DNA of 64,000 nucleotides. Origin: Vicugna vicugna (Eukaryota). Made by a program: the position numbers and the translations under genes. Where the stretch lies: the NCBI GenBank assembly GCA_013265495.1, contig MU058844.1, positions 7,749,260-7,813,259 on the forward strand, given 5' to 3'. The notes beneath the pieces were generated by a model. It was not told the DNA's origin, made no database searches, and was given only the letters and a program-made list of their open reading frames with translations. This document shows positions 25,715 to 38,029 of this stretch, one piece after another; position 1 is the stretch's first letter; every line of letters begins with the position of its first letter.

Positions 25715-26220
25715 GAAAAGAAAAAATTTTCTTAGTAGGGTAAACAACACCTACAAAAAGAAAAGAAAAGAAAAAAAACTAAAAGAAACATATGTGCAAT
25801 GGTGAAACATTGCAAACTTTCCCTTGAGAGTGGGAACTAGTCAAAATGCCAACCAATTTTATTTGCTATTAAACTAAAATTCCTAACCAGTGTAATAAGA
25901 CAATAAAACAAATAAAAGACATAGGATCAGAAAGAAAGACAAAATGTCATTATTCACAGAAAACATGATTCAAAAGAATCTACAGAAATCTGTATTTCAA
26001 AAAAGGTCTATAGAATTAATAAGTGAATTTATCAAGATGTTTGTATACAAGGTCAAAATACAATACTCAACTATATTTCTATATTCTGACAATAGACAAA
26101 TGGAAAATGGAATTTCCCATGATACCTTTTTACCAGAGCATCGAAAGTCAGCAAGAACCTAAGAATATCTAATAATATATGTACAAAACTTTAAAAGAAA
26201 TTAAAGAAGCTATAAATAAA
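25715..26220 (+). mobile_element. Old L1M ORF2 (RT region) fragment
   Basis: aatggtgaaacattgcaaactttcccttgagagtgggaac; aaaatgtcattattcacagaaaacatgat; tagaattaataagtgaatttatcaag. Explains ORF 25944. Confidence 0.8.
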
Positions 26221-27615
26221 ATCACTGCTCTTTTTTCTCTTCTATACATCTGTAAGTTCTCTGAGAATAGAAACGAGTCATTCACACTTGTATTCCCTGA
26301 GGATCTGGCACTGTGCTTGGCATAAATTAGATACTCAAACAGTTGAAACACATTTAAACAAAAAGAATTTTATATTATTTTAACCATTATTTCTCAATCC
26401 CTATAGGATGCGATATGTATATTGAAATCTGCCATCTCCTAACTTTTCATAATTTTCATTCAGAAGAACAACATTATGGGGAAAAACATGGAGCTAGTCA
26501 AGGAGAAAATAAAAGTGTCTTAAGACAAAGTCAATCCACAGCACCTGGAGAAATGAGATTGCGCTGGGGGAAGAACAAGTATCATCTCCACATCTTAAAT
26601 TTAAATTTCTCACTGCTCTATGGGAAATAAATTGCACATTAAAAAACACCTTTTTTTTAATGTAGGTTTTATGTAAATCACATCTATGTTTCCTCATTAT
26701 TTTAGACTGCTACCTTTGATTAAATACAGTAGGTTCGGGAAATAATAAAACTTCTTGAATTGCTTTTCATCTTCAATTCACTGTCAAAAAGATTGCAAGC
26801 AGAACTGACTGACAACCTACGTGCTGAGTTATTATTCTGATCAGATATTTGGAACAAAAAGTTTCACACCTTCTGATGCACGAGTACCTATTGAGATGGT
26901 TTTGTGAAAAAAAAAGTGTTGGTTTTCTAAAAGTTTTAGATATTGGCACTGCCTAGAAATTGAAGAGCAGAGTTGTTGTCGTCTCCTTGGACAGGGGTAC
27001 TTTCCTATATCTTCTAACAGCCATGAGGTCTGGTGTAAGCAACTTCTGACATAAATAATACCATGAGCATATATCGTGGTATTTAATTCTGTGTCGTGTG
27101 TGTTAGTGACCCTAGTAAACAGTGTTCCCAATAGGGCTGTTATACAGCCTGGTATCTACGTTATTCTTTTTTGTATCAATGGCATCCAGAAGATAATAAA
27201 GTCTAAAATTCTTTTGACAAATGAGTAATGAATGAATGAAGAATGATGCTCTATCTTCATTTTTTAAGTATAAGCGAGAAAGCCAATAATGTCCAATGGA
27301 ATTAACAGAATTAATATTTTCTCCAGTATATTACATTTTATATCGATGAAACATTCCAAAAGATATAAAAATCTATTTCTTTTTATCTACATATTATCTT
27401 AGCTGATAACCTCCCATTTCACCCGGTGTTAGAAAATGTCTTACAAATGCAAAAAACTCAGTCCCATTTGGTTTCAAACTCAGTTTTTCGAAGTTAATTC
27501 TTTGTCAGTTTAGGATTCTCCCACTGCTTTTTCTTCTTGCATTTTCCCCAGGTGGCATCTAGAGTTACAATAAGTCTGTGCATAATTTCATGCATCACGG
27601 GGGGAGTGCTCATCA

Positions 27616-28041
27616 TGGAAATCAATAAAGGACTGCCCAAAAAAGAGCAAGCACGGGCTATTTATTCAAGGCTTGCAATAGCAAGGGAGCCAGCCACTAT
27701 CACTCACATGTGGCAGAGACTCAAAGGCAGACAGGGGACTGGAAAGCTTTACAGCAGGGAAGAGGGAAGCTTCAGGGGTGCTCTGATTGGGCATTAATGG
27801 CATGGGGAAGGGGGAGGTGGGCCAAGTATTACTGGAGCATCGAATGTGATTGGTGAGGGAAGCACCGGGGTGCAAAAACTGGGGGAGCTGGCAGTTATTA
27901 ACCCCAGTCTTAATCTTTGGGGCCGACTGCTAGAGGGTGTGGTTTGGCTTTCTGGACTGGTCGCCTCAGGGACTGTGGGTCAGAGTTCTATTTTTACATC
28001 TGGTTTAGCCACTGTCCATTTGTATATGCACTGACTTTACA
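27616..28041 (-). mobile_element. Solo LTR, family not identified
   Basis: About 430-bp GC-richer island with TG...CA ends. Minus-strand CCAAT boxes (gattgg at about 27785 and 27848) precede a minus-strand AATAAA (tttatt at about 27662). Confidence 0.55.
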
Positions 28042-28599
28042 CTTAGCACAGGATGGTTTTTCACCTTTTCTGGCCTCTTTGTTACCCTATGTGTTGGGCT
28101 AAGTCATTTGCCCCAACTGAAAATAACTGTTTGCTGCAGCCCTGTAAGCTCCAGTCATCAGGAACAAGCACATTGTCAGTTTCCTTCCTGGCATCCAGCC
28201 CCCCCGAGCCATTTCTAGACTCCCCTCAGGGGCAACAACAGGACAGGGAGTGGGACTCTGGGGTGCTGCTCTCAGACATGACGGATTCTGTCACGACCAG
28301 GTCACACCAAGCTTAGCCAGACAACAGTTTATGTGATAAGGAAGGTGGCTCCCCTAACTGCTCTGGTGTTTCCATTAAACTCTCTGTCATCCTGTTTTTC
28401 TCCAGAATTTACCATAGCAAATGGAACACTAGATCTTTTCTTAAGCCAGTAAATTTCAGTTACTTGTCCTCTGATTCTTTTACCACTTTTTAATGGAAAA
28501 AAGGGGTTTGTAGATCCTTAAAATTTTTTCCCATTCTACCATTTATGAAGTATGTTCTAAATCTGGGTTCCTAGGATTTGGTAACGGAAGTTTAAAGCA

Positions 28600-28775
28600 A
28601 ATATTTTGGAATTAAAACCAGGGCAACAACCATACGCCTTAGTGTCCCCATCTGAACTTTAGGACTAATAAAAGTACCTACCTCATAGGTTTATTGTGAT
28701 GATTAAATAAATGAAAAACATTTCAAGCACTTGGAACAGTGCCTAACACATAACAGTCAATCATTGTGTCAGTAT
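28600..28775 (+). mobile_element. MIR fragment
   Basis: gccttagtgtccccatctgaac...taataaaagtacctacctcataggtttattgtgatgattaaataa...aacagtgcctaacacata. Confidence 0.75.
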
Positions 28776-29147
28776 ATTTTAAAATCTGGATTAACGTGCA
28801 TGCCTTTTTTCCAATCAGAATACATGTTTCTTGAAGGTGGATATTATGTATTGTATGTCTGCGTTCTCCATATCTAACTCATTTCTATTTCTATATTAGC
28901 CAGGGAGATGTTTATTAAATTCTACATTTTAAAATCAACTTTCCTGGCTTTAACATGTAATTGCTGTAGCATAGTTAATAATTCGTTATTATGTCAACAA
29001 ACTATTTTCACATATATTATGAAGAAACATCCTGCTAATTCCATAAAATTATATGCTAAAGATTTTGTACCATAAAACATTCTTTTCTGGTATGAGCTAG
29101 ACAATAACTTTTCCCCCCATTTAAAAAAAAAGTAATTTCATTTTAAA

Positions 29148-30321
29148 AAGATTGGTAACACTTGTATGTGTTGAAAAAAGTTCAGAGGATATAAAAGGTC
29201 TTACAATGAAACATCAGCTTTCCTCCCATCCTGGTTTTCTATATCTTAATTTCTTTCTTCTGACTATGCAACCAGTTACCTTCTGTAGATAATCCATGTC
29301 TCACAGGAGTATAAAGATAGTGACTGCAAGACACAGGCTTTTGCTTCCCTGACACAGTGACCTGTTGACTTGAGAGGTAAACCACGTGTTCACACATTCC
29401 GTTGATGACTCCTCCAAGGAGGAACAGCCAGATAGAGCACTAAGATCCCTTTTATTGTCTCATTCCTAGTGGTTCTGCTACTCCCATTGACCCAAACTGA
29501 TGCAGCTTAGAATGAAACCAGACTTCTGACTAGCTTTAAGATTTGTACTTCAACAGGCCTCTCCACGTATCTTTGATGGATCAGACATCCCTGTGCTCCC
29601 TACTATGCCAGATTAAGGCATCTGGGGTCTTGCTCTGCTTTAAACACATGGAAAATTTAAAAACTAAAAATAACAACAAAAACAACAAACAAAAACCACT
29701 CAACATTAAATTCAGCTGCTTTCTATGTGACCTTAAGATTGGTAACACTTGTATGTGTTGAAAAAAGTTCAGAGGATATAAAAGGTCTTACAATGAAACA
29801 TCAGCTTTCCTCCCATCCTGGTTTTCTATATCTTAATTTCTTTCTTCTGACTATGCAACCAGTTACCTTCTGTAGATAATCCATGTCTCACAGGAGTATA
29901 AAGATAGTGACTGCAAGACACAGGCTTTTGCTTCCCTGACACAGTGACCTGTTGACTTGAGAGGTAAACCACGTGTTCACACATTCCGTTGATGACTCCT
30001 CCAAGGAGGAACAGCCAGATAGAGCACTAAGATCCCTTTTATTGTCTCATTCCTAGTGGTTCTGCTACTCCCATTGACCCAAACTGATGCAGCTTAGAAT
30101 GAAACCAGACTTCTGACTAGCTTTAAGATTTGTACTTCAACAGGCCTCTCCACGTATCTTTGATGGATCAGACATCCCTGTGCTCCCTACTATGCCAGAT
30201 TAAGGCATCTGGGGTCTTGCTCTGCTTTAAACACATGGAAAATTTAAAAACTAAAAATAACAACAAAAACAACAAACAAAAACCACTCAACATTAAATTC
30301 AGCTGCTTTCTATGTGACCTT
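29148..30321. repeat. 587-bp direct tandem duplication, two copies
   Basis: 29148-29734 is repeated at 29735-30321, with no differences seen by eye. ORFs 29543 and 30130 are 587 bp apart and identical up to the junction. Confidence 0.97.
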
Positions 30322-30458
30322 TCCAGTTAAATGACAGAGACAGATTTCCATAAGCTCTCAAAGAAGAAACTAAAAAATCTGAGATTTATCCATTTAGAAT
30401 ATTAGTAATTATGCATTGCCATTCAATTGTTTCTGTGCCATATGATATGTGGATTTTA

Positions 30459-30852
30459 AAAAATCAGATTATGTCATTCCACTGCTTAAGACTATCCAGA
30501 GCAAATATTTGAGAAGAAAAGATAGGCATGAAGTGAAGGTGAAAAAGGACAACCTTGATTTCATGAGGGTGAGCAAAGATGAGCTGAACAGCACAAAGGT
30601 GAGCTGAGCAGCAGGTGGCAACAGTACCTGTGTCCACACTGACCTCCCGGGCATAAAACAGCTGCTGCTTTCCAGCCACATTCCAAGTCTCAAACGAGTT
30701 CTTTTGTGGCCAATGGTAGCCCAGAACCATGTAGGGAAAGGAATTCCGGGGGACACAGTTCCAACTTAGGTGACACAACACACCACTACTACAAAAGTAT
30801 ACTGGAAGCCACTGGATAGTCTTAAGCAGTGGAATGACATAATCTGATTTTT
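30459..30852. repeat. Perfect 41-bp inverted repeat with a 312-bp spacer
   Basis: aaaaatcagattatgtcattccactgcttaagactatccag (30459-30499) is the exact reverse complement of 30812-30852. Confidence 0.95.
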
Positions 30853-30908
30853 AAAAAGCATCATGACCATTGCATTGGTAATTAAACTGGAAAGGGAGTT
30901 CAGTCTAG

Positions 30909-31112
30909 CCAGTGGTAGTCCACTAAAGGTTTAGCAACCTGCTAGGGGAAGAGGAAAAGAGTATTTGCATGTTTGGCAGTCTCCATGGTCTAAAACCTCC
31001 CACCATGGCTATAGGCGAGCTGCCAGCCGTTTAGCAACCAACTCACCAAATTCCTCAAAATGTAACAATTAGCTCTCACGTGCTGGTACCAGTCAGCTCC
31101 AGCACACAACTG
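30909..31112 (+). mobile_element. MER63A-like short hAT element
   Basis: ccagtggt...cctcccaccatggc...aaattcctcaaaatgtaacaattagctctc...gctccagcacacaactg. Confidence 0.75.
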
Positions 31113-31722
31113 AGTCTCATTGCGAGACGAAGACTAGCTGAAAGTAAGTTTCTGGTAGGTGAGACAGCTGATCTTATACTTACTATTGGTTCCTCTCTGT
31201 GCCCTGAGCGAGCTTGGGTACCTTGACTTTGTCTTTCTTGAGCATAAGATACCTTCCTGGGAGGTTTCTTCAGATTGTCTGCAAATAGATCCCTCATGTA
31301 CAGTTTCAACTCGCCTTTTAAATATTGTAAATTATACCAGTGTCAACTCAAGCAGGATCTCCCACTAGAGAGACAGATGAAATGAGGCATGGCCTATTAT
31401 GTTTAGCCATTGCAAACTGACTAGAATTTGGAAGGAAAAACGTCTGAATCTCCATGTAACAGGCACAAATGAGCCTCTCACATCTGGTTTCCTACCTAGG
31501 CTTTGAACTATGGTTTGCAGTATTTTTCGTTCACAAAGCTAAAGCCCATCCCTTGGTCCAGAGAATCAAAATTGATCATCCATATTCAGATGCAGCTTTT
31601 GAATTAGTAACTTAGTTTTGTCCTTGAGACAATATTACCTAACTAGGCTTTGCCCATATATCACCATCTTCTTGAAATGCACAGAGCTCACAGCAAAGCA
31701 AGAAAATGCAGAGTTGTTCTAA

Positions 31723-31738
31723 CCAACAGAGGGCGTCC
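31723..31738 (+). promoter_or_regulatory. CTCF-like motif
   Basis: ccaacagagggcgtcc versus core CCASYAGRKGGCR, one mismatch, CpG retained. Confidence 0.5.
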
Positions 31739-32036
31739 TTAAGGAAGGAAGAGAAGGTTCCTATTCTACAAAGAGGAGCAAATACAAACCATAAATTACT
31801 GCTCAGGACACAGGAAGACGGTACAATAGCGACCGTCTCTTCATGAAATGGCATTCAACACTCTTTATTTTTATTTACTACCTAGAGAAAAATTTTGTGA
31901 TTTTTACACTGTCACAGAACAAGCAGGAAAATGAGATATGACTCGTAATTTATACAGCTGATTTAATGTATGGTTCCATCACATTTCTGAGAGTTACAGA
32001 AAATGTTTCTTTCACTCTGGGACAACAGGCAACAAC

Positions 32037-32052
32037 CCAACAGGTGGCGTCC
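32037..32052 (+). promoter_or_regulatory. CTCF-like motif
   Basis: ccaacaggtggcgtcc, one mismatch to the core, followed by a local CpG cluster. Confidence 0.55.
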
Positions 32053-32797
32053 GTGGCTCCCCTCGCCCTCCTTCGGCACCGTTATGCTGACAGAGGCTAC
32101 ATTATTTTAGTGAGTTTTGCACAGAAAGAGGCCTATTTGGAGGCTCTCAGAAAAGACATGGCATTACTTTTATAAACTGATTTCTTGTTTGGAGTGAATC
32201 CTAGTTCTTTTAACAGAATGCTTCAAAACAAACCTCAAGGTTGGGGAAGTTATAAAAAGGACATTCACCACCCCAAATATTTATCCTGCCTCTGTAGTAT
32301 TGCTACATACCTTTGAATATCTTTAAGGCAGAGCTACAAGCTAAATGCAGGTCTTCTGGTTCCTTATCATTTTTTTTATTATTATTACATGTCCATTTAT
32401 GTGTCCTCCACTGCTTAACGGTGTCTTTCTCTCTCGTACATGTACATACATCATACACATATGATTAACAAAGGTATGGGTATAGGGGTGGTATCTTTAA
32501 AGCCCCAGGTGTGTGGAATCCATCAAGGCTACACTACCTAACCTTGTCTACTCAAGGTGAACATGCTCGTGGAAGTCAAGTAGTCACATCAAATGAACTG
32601 ATTCATGAAGAGGTTAAGAGTAAAGTAATTAAGATAATGGTCTTGATAATTAGTCACCCAGCAATCCAGCATTAATAGACAGCTAAGAACAACCAAAGGA
32701 CTGTGAAGTTGCTGAAATTTCTAAGGTCTTTACTTTTGGATATCTCAGAGGTCAGTCTATTATAGAAATGGACTATTGGTCTATGAATGGAAACAGG

Positions 32798-34110
32798 GTA
32801 TTTTAGTTACTATGGCTGCAAAACAATCCTCCCCACACTTAGTGGTGTAAATAACCATTGTATTATATGCACAGATTCTGTTGGTCAGGCTTTCAGAAAG
32901 AACACAGGCAGGACAGATTTGTTTTTTTTTCTGGTTACCACCCCCAGCACCAAAATGCCTGGTGCTTTAGCTGGGAAAACTCAAAGGCTAGAGGTAACAA
33001 ACGTCTGGGAGCTGAAATCATCTGAAGGCTTATTAACTCATGTATCTGATAGGAAGTGAAAGCAGCCGCCTCCAACCGTGGCTAGGGCAATTTTGTTTGA
33101 ATTCTAAGCGCATCAATCCCACGAGGACCAGACTTTCCTGTCTTTTATAACGTAGACTCAGAAGACACATATGTAACTTCTGTTGTAATCCCAGCTTACC
33201 CAAATTCAATGGGAAGAGAACACAGATTCCCCTACTTCTCACTGGGAGGAGTGTTAAGGACACATTTTAAGAAGAGCATGTGGGAGCGAAATATGTTCAA
33301 AACTAATTTTGAGAAATACAATTTCCCACTGTCTGCCTGCTAGCCCCCCAAATTCATATATTCGCATGGAAAATGTGCTCTTGATTCCCTCTAAAATTCC
33401 CAAATCTAATCCAATTATAACATAAGCTTCAAGTTAAATGTCTTACTATCTAAATCAGGTCCAAATACATACTGGGCTCTTTAAATGTGATTACTAGGCT
33501 ACAGCTCCTTCAGTACCATTTCTGTCAATCAGAAAAACTGTGAACTAAAGTTATCTGCCCTACACATACCCAAAAAAGTGGTGGGATATTCATAGGGTAA
33601 CGGCTACAGACTCTCCTATTTTAAAGGGGTGGAAATAACAGACACGTGGCAAGCATTGTTCTACAGCAATTTTTAAATGTAGTGCATTCCTTGATCAAAC
33701 TAAGTCCTACTACTTGAGAGCTGTTCTCTACGGCTCTTCGCCCTTCCCTCTAAGCTCCTGATTCTACCTTTTAGGATCTTGGCTTTGCCTTCTGAGTCTT
33801 CCTTCTTTTTCTGTAAGAATCGTCCATGTTAGCAGCTGAGTAGTCGTCTCAGCCGGCTTCCTTATACCACAGTGACTGAGTTTCATGAGTGAGTGTCCCA
33901 AGAGGACCAAGTAGAAACTACATTGCCTTTTATAACCGAGTCCTATAAATCACACGGCATCATTTATGTTGTAGTCACAAGCTGTCCAGATTTTAGAATA
34001 GAGAACATCACGGACCCTCTAACTCAATAGAAGTTTTAAAGATAAATTTTAAGATGAACTTGTGGAATTCTACAAAATGTTTCAGGCATTTTGGGAAAAT
34101 ACAATCAGCT
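32798..34110 (-). mobile_element. MLT1G/H-like MaLR element: LTR, short internal remnant, partial LTR
   Basis: Two related segments end in tttgagaaatacaat (about 33308) and ttttgggaaaatacaat (about 34089), both reversed MLT1 starts. MLT-int-like sequence lies between them. Confidence 0.65.
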
Positions 34111-34842
34111 GTACTGGGGACTCTGTTTTCTGTTTGGCCATTTTAAACCGAAGGGTCTTGACTCAGTCTTCAGACTCCTAATCCAGTTTAGCTACTACTA
34201 CTAAGAAATATAGGTATAGAGACAGTCTTACGTGGAGGCAGAGTGGCCAGTGACTTCCTGCGTGGGATACGAAGCCCTATTCAAAAAAAATTAGCCCTTT
34301 CCCCTGGTATTAGTAAAGATAGGCTAGAATGAAGGAGGAAAGAACCCTCAAAAATATCTCTAAAAATGATCACCTCTCTAAAAAAATAATCATCTACTCC
34401 AGGCTTTTTTAACAATTCAAAGTGATCTGGTTGATAGTTAGCTCTGCTCCTTATTGTCAATCAAGGATCCACGGCTCTCGGATTAGCCTACCATCTTCAA
34501 GAGTTGAATTCCAAAGTATTCTTGCAGGGGCACCACCCAACACAGTGAGAAGTAGAAAAGACAAGTAGAAACCAAAGTGGTTTATAAGGTTTTTATGGGC
34601 CAGATCTGGAAGCAGTCTGAGTGCGCTCCGTTTCCATTGCCAGAACTCTGTAACGTGGCATACCTAACTGCAAATATATATACGCATGCATAGTTTGTGC
34701 CCAGGCTGAAGAGGCCATATATTTTCCTGAAAAGTCACATTTAACTTTCAACTTTCCCCAAATACACTCTGCCAGCTCTTTATTAAAACCACCATCCTCC
34801 CACTGTTAGGGTGCAGCACATCGCCAACTTTCAGCATCACTT

Positions 34843-35311
34843 GTGCAGTTTAGTCTCTCTCCACACCCCCTGGAGATCCACAGTGCATCCTTCTTTGTTC
34901 TGGTCTGTGCCCTGACAGACTAATCTTAGGGCTGCATCCCCTAGGCTTGCTTGCCCGCTAGATTCTGGTTGGGTGTGGCCAGTGGGAGATGGAGAGAGAA
35001 AATCTAAAGGAGAAGGAGAGAGGTCAATGTACTGATTCCCTCCCCCTGGTTATCTCGCAGCAGCTTCATTCTAAGGCTGGAGATACCAGAGGGTGGCCAC
35101 CGGACTCCAATAACACTTCCCCCTCCTGGCCCCTTTAGGTCTGTGGTGTTAACAGCTTCTCACTCAAGCTAATTTCCTAGTGTTTTTCTACTTTTTTGTT
35201 GGTTCTCACAGACTTTCCCACCTCTCTCTCTAAGTAGTTCCTTCATTAAATCATTCTCAGTTAAACTCTCTGAGATGCCATCTGTTTCCCATCTTGCCCT
35301 TGACTGATACA
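34843..35311 (+). mobile_element. LTR33/LTR16-like ERVL solo LTR
   Basis: ctggttgggtgtggccagtgggag in the body. Ends ccttcattaaa...gccatctgtttccc...cccttgactgataca. Confidence 0.7.
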
Positions 35312-35404
35312 AGCATTCTGTGGACCTCATTTGGTTCAACATATAATTATGAGGTGCCTATTTGTGCAAGTCTGGGATACATAAACTAGAAATAAAAGGG
35401 GACT

Positions 35405-35925
35405 GTCTCAGTTTTAGTCATCTATTGTATACAACAAATTATACCAAAATTCGGTGGCTAGAGAGAAAACATTAAGAATTTCTCAGTTTCTTTGGGGAAG
35501 GTATCTGGGTGCAACTTAGGTGGGTTCTTTGGCTCAGGGTGTCTCTCACAAGCTACCATCCAGGGGTCAACTAGGGTGCAGTCGTCTTCAGACTTGACTA
35601 AGAGAGGCTCTGCTTTCAAGCTCACTTACATGCCAGTCAGAGGCCACCCTCAGCTTCACGTCACATGGACCTCTCCAGAGGGCAGCTCACACATAGCAGC
35701 TGGCAACAGCCAGAGAGAGCAAATGAGAGGAGAAAGGACAAGAATGACAGAAGCGGGATCTTCTTGCAGCTCAGTCTCTAAAGTGACATCACATTGTTTT
35801 TGCCATATTCTATTCACCAAAAGCAAGTTCTGAGGCCCCGCCCACCGTCCAGGTGAGGGGATTACACGCAGATAGAAAGTTAGGAGGCAGGCCTCACTGG
35901 ATGCACCTTAGAAGCTGCCTGCTGT
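35405..35925 (-). mobile_element. MLT1 (F-like) solo LTR
   Basis: acaacaaattataccaaaattcggtggcta...ggctcagggtgtctctcacaagct...gtgacatcacattgtttttgccatattctattc. Explains ORF 35492. Confidence 0.8.
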
Positions 35926-37559
35926 GTTCCCTAAGCTGCCCTGTGACCCTGCAATGTCCCCGCGGCTTGCAAGAAATGCCAGGAGGAACTTCTGAGACTA
36001 TAGACTACAGTCTCTTCTATTTCCCCCTTTCCACATCAGAAGTCAACTTCCCTGCCCTTTTAATACACTCACTACAAAGATATACATACATCAATTAGAA
36101 CGGCACTGCATCACTCTTAAATAAAAATCATTGCATGAAGAAAGGAAAGAGAATCTGGGTCTCTACAAAAATTTCAGTCAGTAATTTCTTGACATTAATT
36201 GCTAAGTAACCAATTCTATTCTACATTCTAATGGACTCTGTAACTGTCTACAGATCCTTGCTGTGTTCTGCGTACCCCGAGTCACAGCGGGCAAAAATGA
36301 TAAACTTATTTGGGGATGGATTATTCAGTGGTCCCTACAGAGACTTAAACACAGAGTTAGAATAAAGTTACTTTTTTTTTTCTTTGTTATATCCTACCTT
36401 GGGCACATCCATTTTCTAAAGCCATGCCATCTTTTCCTTGAAAATAATATTTATACGGTAGAAGGGATTTCTTGAGTAAAATTAGATTTTTCAAAGGGAT
36501 CAGCAATAGAGGTAGACTTCAAAGTAATGTAATTTACACCACCGAGCTTCTTTTGACCTGTAAATTTACAACACGCCTGCTGTCACTTTCTTGCTCAATC
36601 ATGGTAGATGTGGAGCATCAGTCCTTGAAAAAGACACATGATCTCACAACACACCAGGTCTCCAGAGATCCTCAACAGGGTATCAAAAGAAATTACATTT
36701 TGCTTTTTTGAAGTGCTGGCCAATAAATGACTCTGCCTCTCCGAGTTCTTTTTTAATTCTCTTAAATCTCAAAACCAGCTAAAAGATCAGGACTTTTCCT
36801 AAGAAATAGTGTAATACTGAACAGATTATAAATTAACAGCCAGAAAATTTAACTGAGCCCACTTTAACCTGGTGAGCCTAAAGAGATATTTTTGAAGTAT
36901 AAGGAAAAAAGAAGAGGGGAAAAGTGTGCTCACTAGGCCAGCTTTTCTAACCTCTCTGGATTAAATGTGTCCTTTTAAAATAAGTTTCTATTAGTTATTG
37001 CATTTTCAAATGATTAAAACATCACATTCAAAAGAGCTCATTTTTAGCACTGATTCTTATCTCCTGAGTTCTTAACAGAAAAATGAAACTCAACACACAG
37101 CAAACTGTACCCCTCATGGTACCTTAACATCACTGCCTATATTGGTTTCTTCTCTTTTTTTTCCTTAAATTCAAATCTCTCCTCTGTTTAAATATATACA
37201 TTATTCTGAAAGTCTGACATATTTACTAACTTCCCTCTCACAGCCTTGACGCCCTCCTTAAGCCACTATCTTCAATTTTAGCAGCACTTTGATCTAAACC
37301 AAATGGACTTTCCAACTTTGCTCCCAATTCCAGATCTCTTCTTTGCATTTGACTAGACTTCACCATGTCTTACAATGTGTTACTTTCTCTCAGAGAGACC
37401 ACCCTTCCCTGGAGTCATTTCTTGACCCTCTCTTGTATCAACTGCTGAGCCTTCCTGCATTTCCACACTGCAGTCATCATCATGTCCAAGGTCCCGTTAC
37501 TCTGTGTCCAGATTAAGGCAACAACCTCCCTGATGATGTCCCTACCGTTTGCCCCTCCT

Positions 37560-37958
37560 GGTTGTGTGCTGGACTCAGTAACAGTTCATGAAAGCAGTTT
37601 GTTAAATTTTTAGGAATTGTGCCAGTTGGTTTTTAACAAAAAATTCACAATTAAAATGTATTAACCTACACGAATAAATTATATTTAAAATAACAGTGAT
37701 AAATACACACATCTCACCCCTTCCTGCTTGGCTACATTTTACTATTTTCTATGGTCTGGAGTTGATTTACATCTATTACATCTGTAGAGTGGAAATATAA
37801 TGTAACGAAGGACTATCGTAGATCTCTTTCCGATTCTTCATTAAATGATGTCTGGAATTGACCGTGGTGGGAGTATTTACAAGGAAACTGGCAAATCCTA
37901 CAAATCAGGACATTGGTTTTAGAGAGGAAGCTGTTGAACATTTTTCAGCACATTACTG
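37560..37958 (-). mobile_element. MER63B-like hAT element
   Basis: gtgtgctggactcag...gttaaatttttaggaattgtgccagttgg...ccgtggtgggagtatttac...gttgaacattttcagcacattactg. Confidence 0.8.
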
Positions 37959-38029
37959 TCATTGCACAGTGACACATCAGCCTCCTCTGCCTCTCCCTTG
38001 GTGAGGAGTCTACAGTGGGATATGGGCAT

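Noticed and set aside
29543..30330. Duplicated gene pair (two near-identical ORFs)
   Set aside because: A by-product of the 587-bp duplication: TTG-started chance frames with low-complexity K/N content.
31076..31316. Minus-strand exon (KLYMRDLFADNLKKPP...) ending at ata|gtaagt
   Set aside because: Weak acceptor with no pyrimidine tract, unrecognised peptide, and the ORF runs into MER63.
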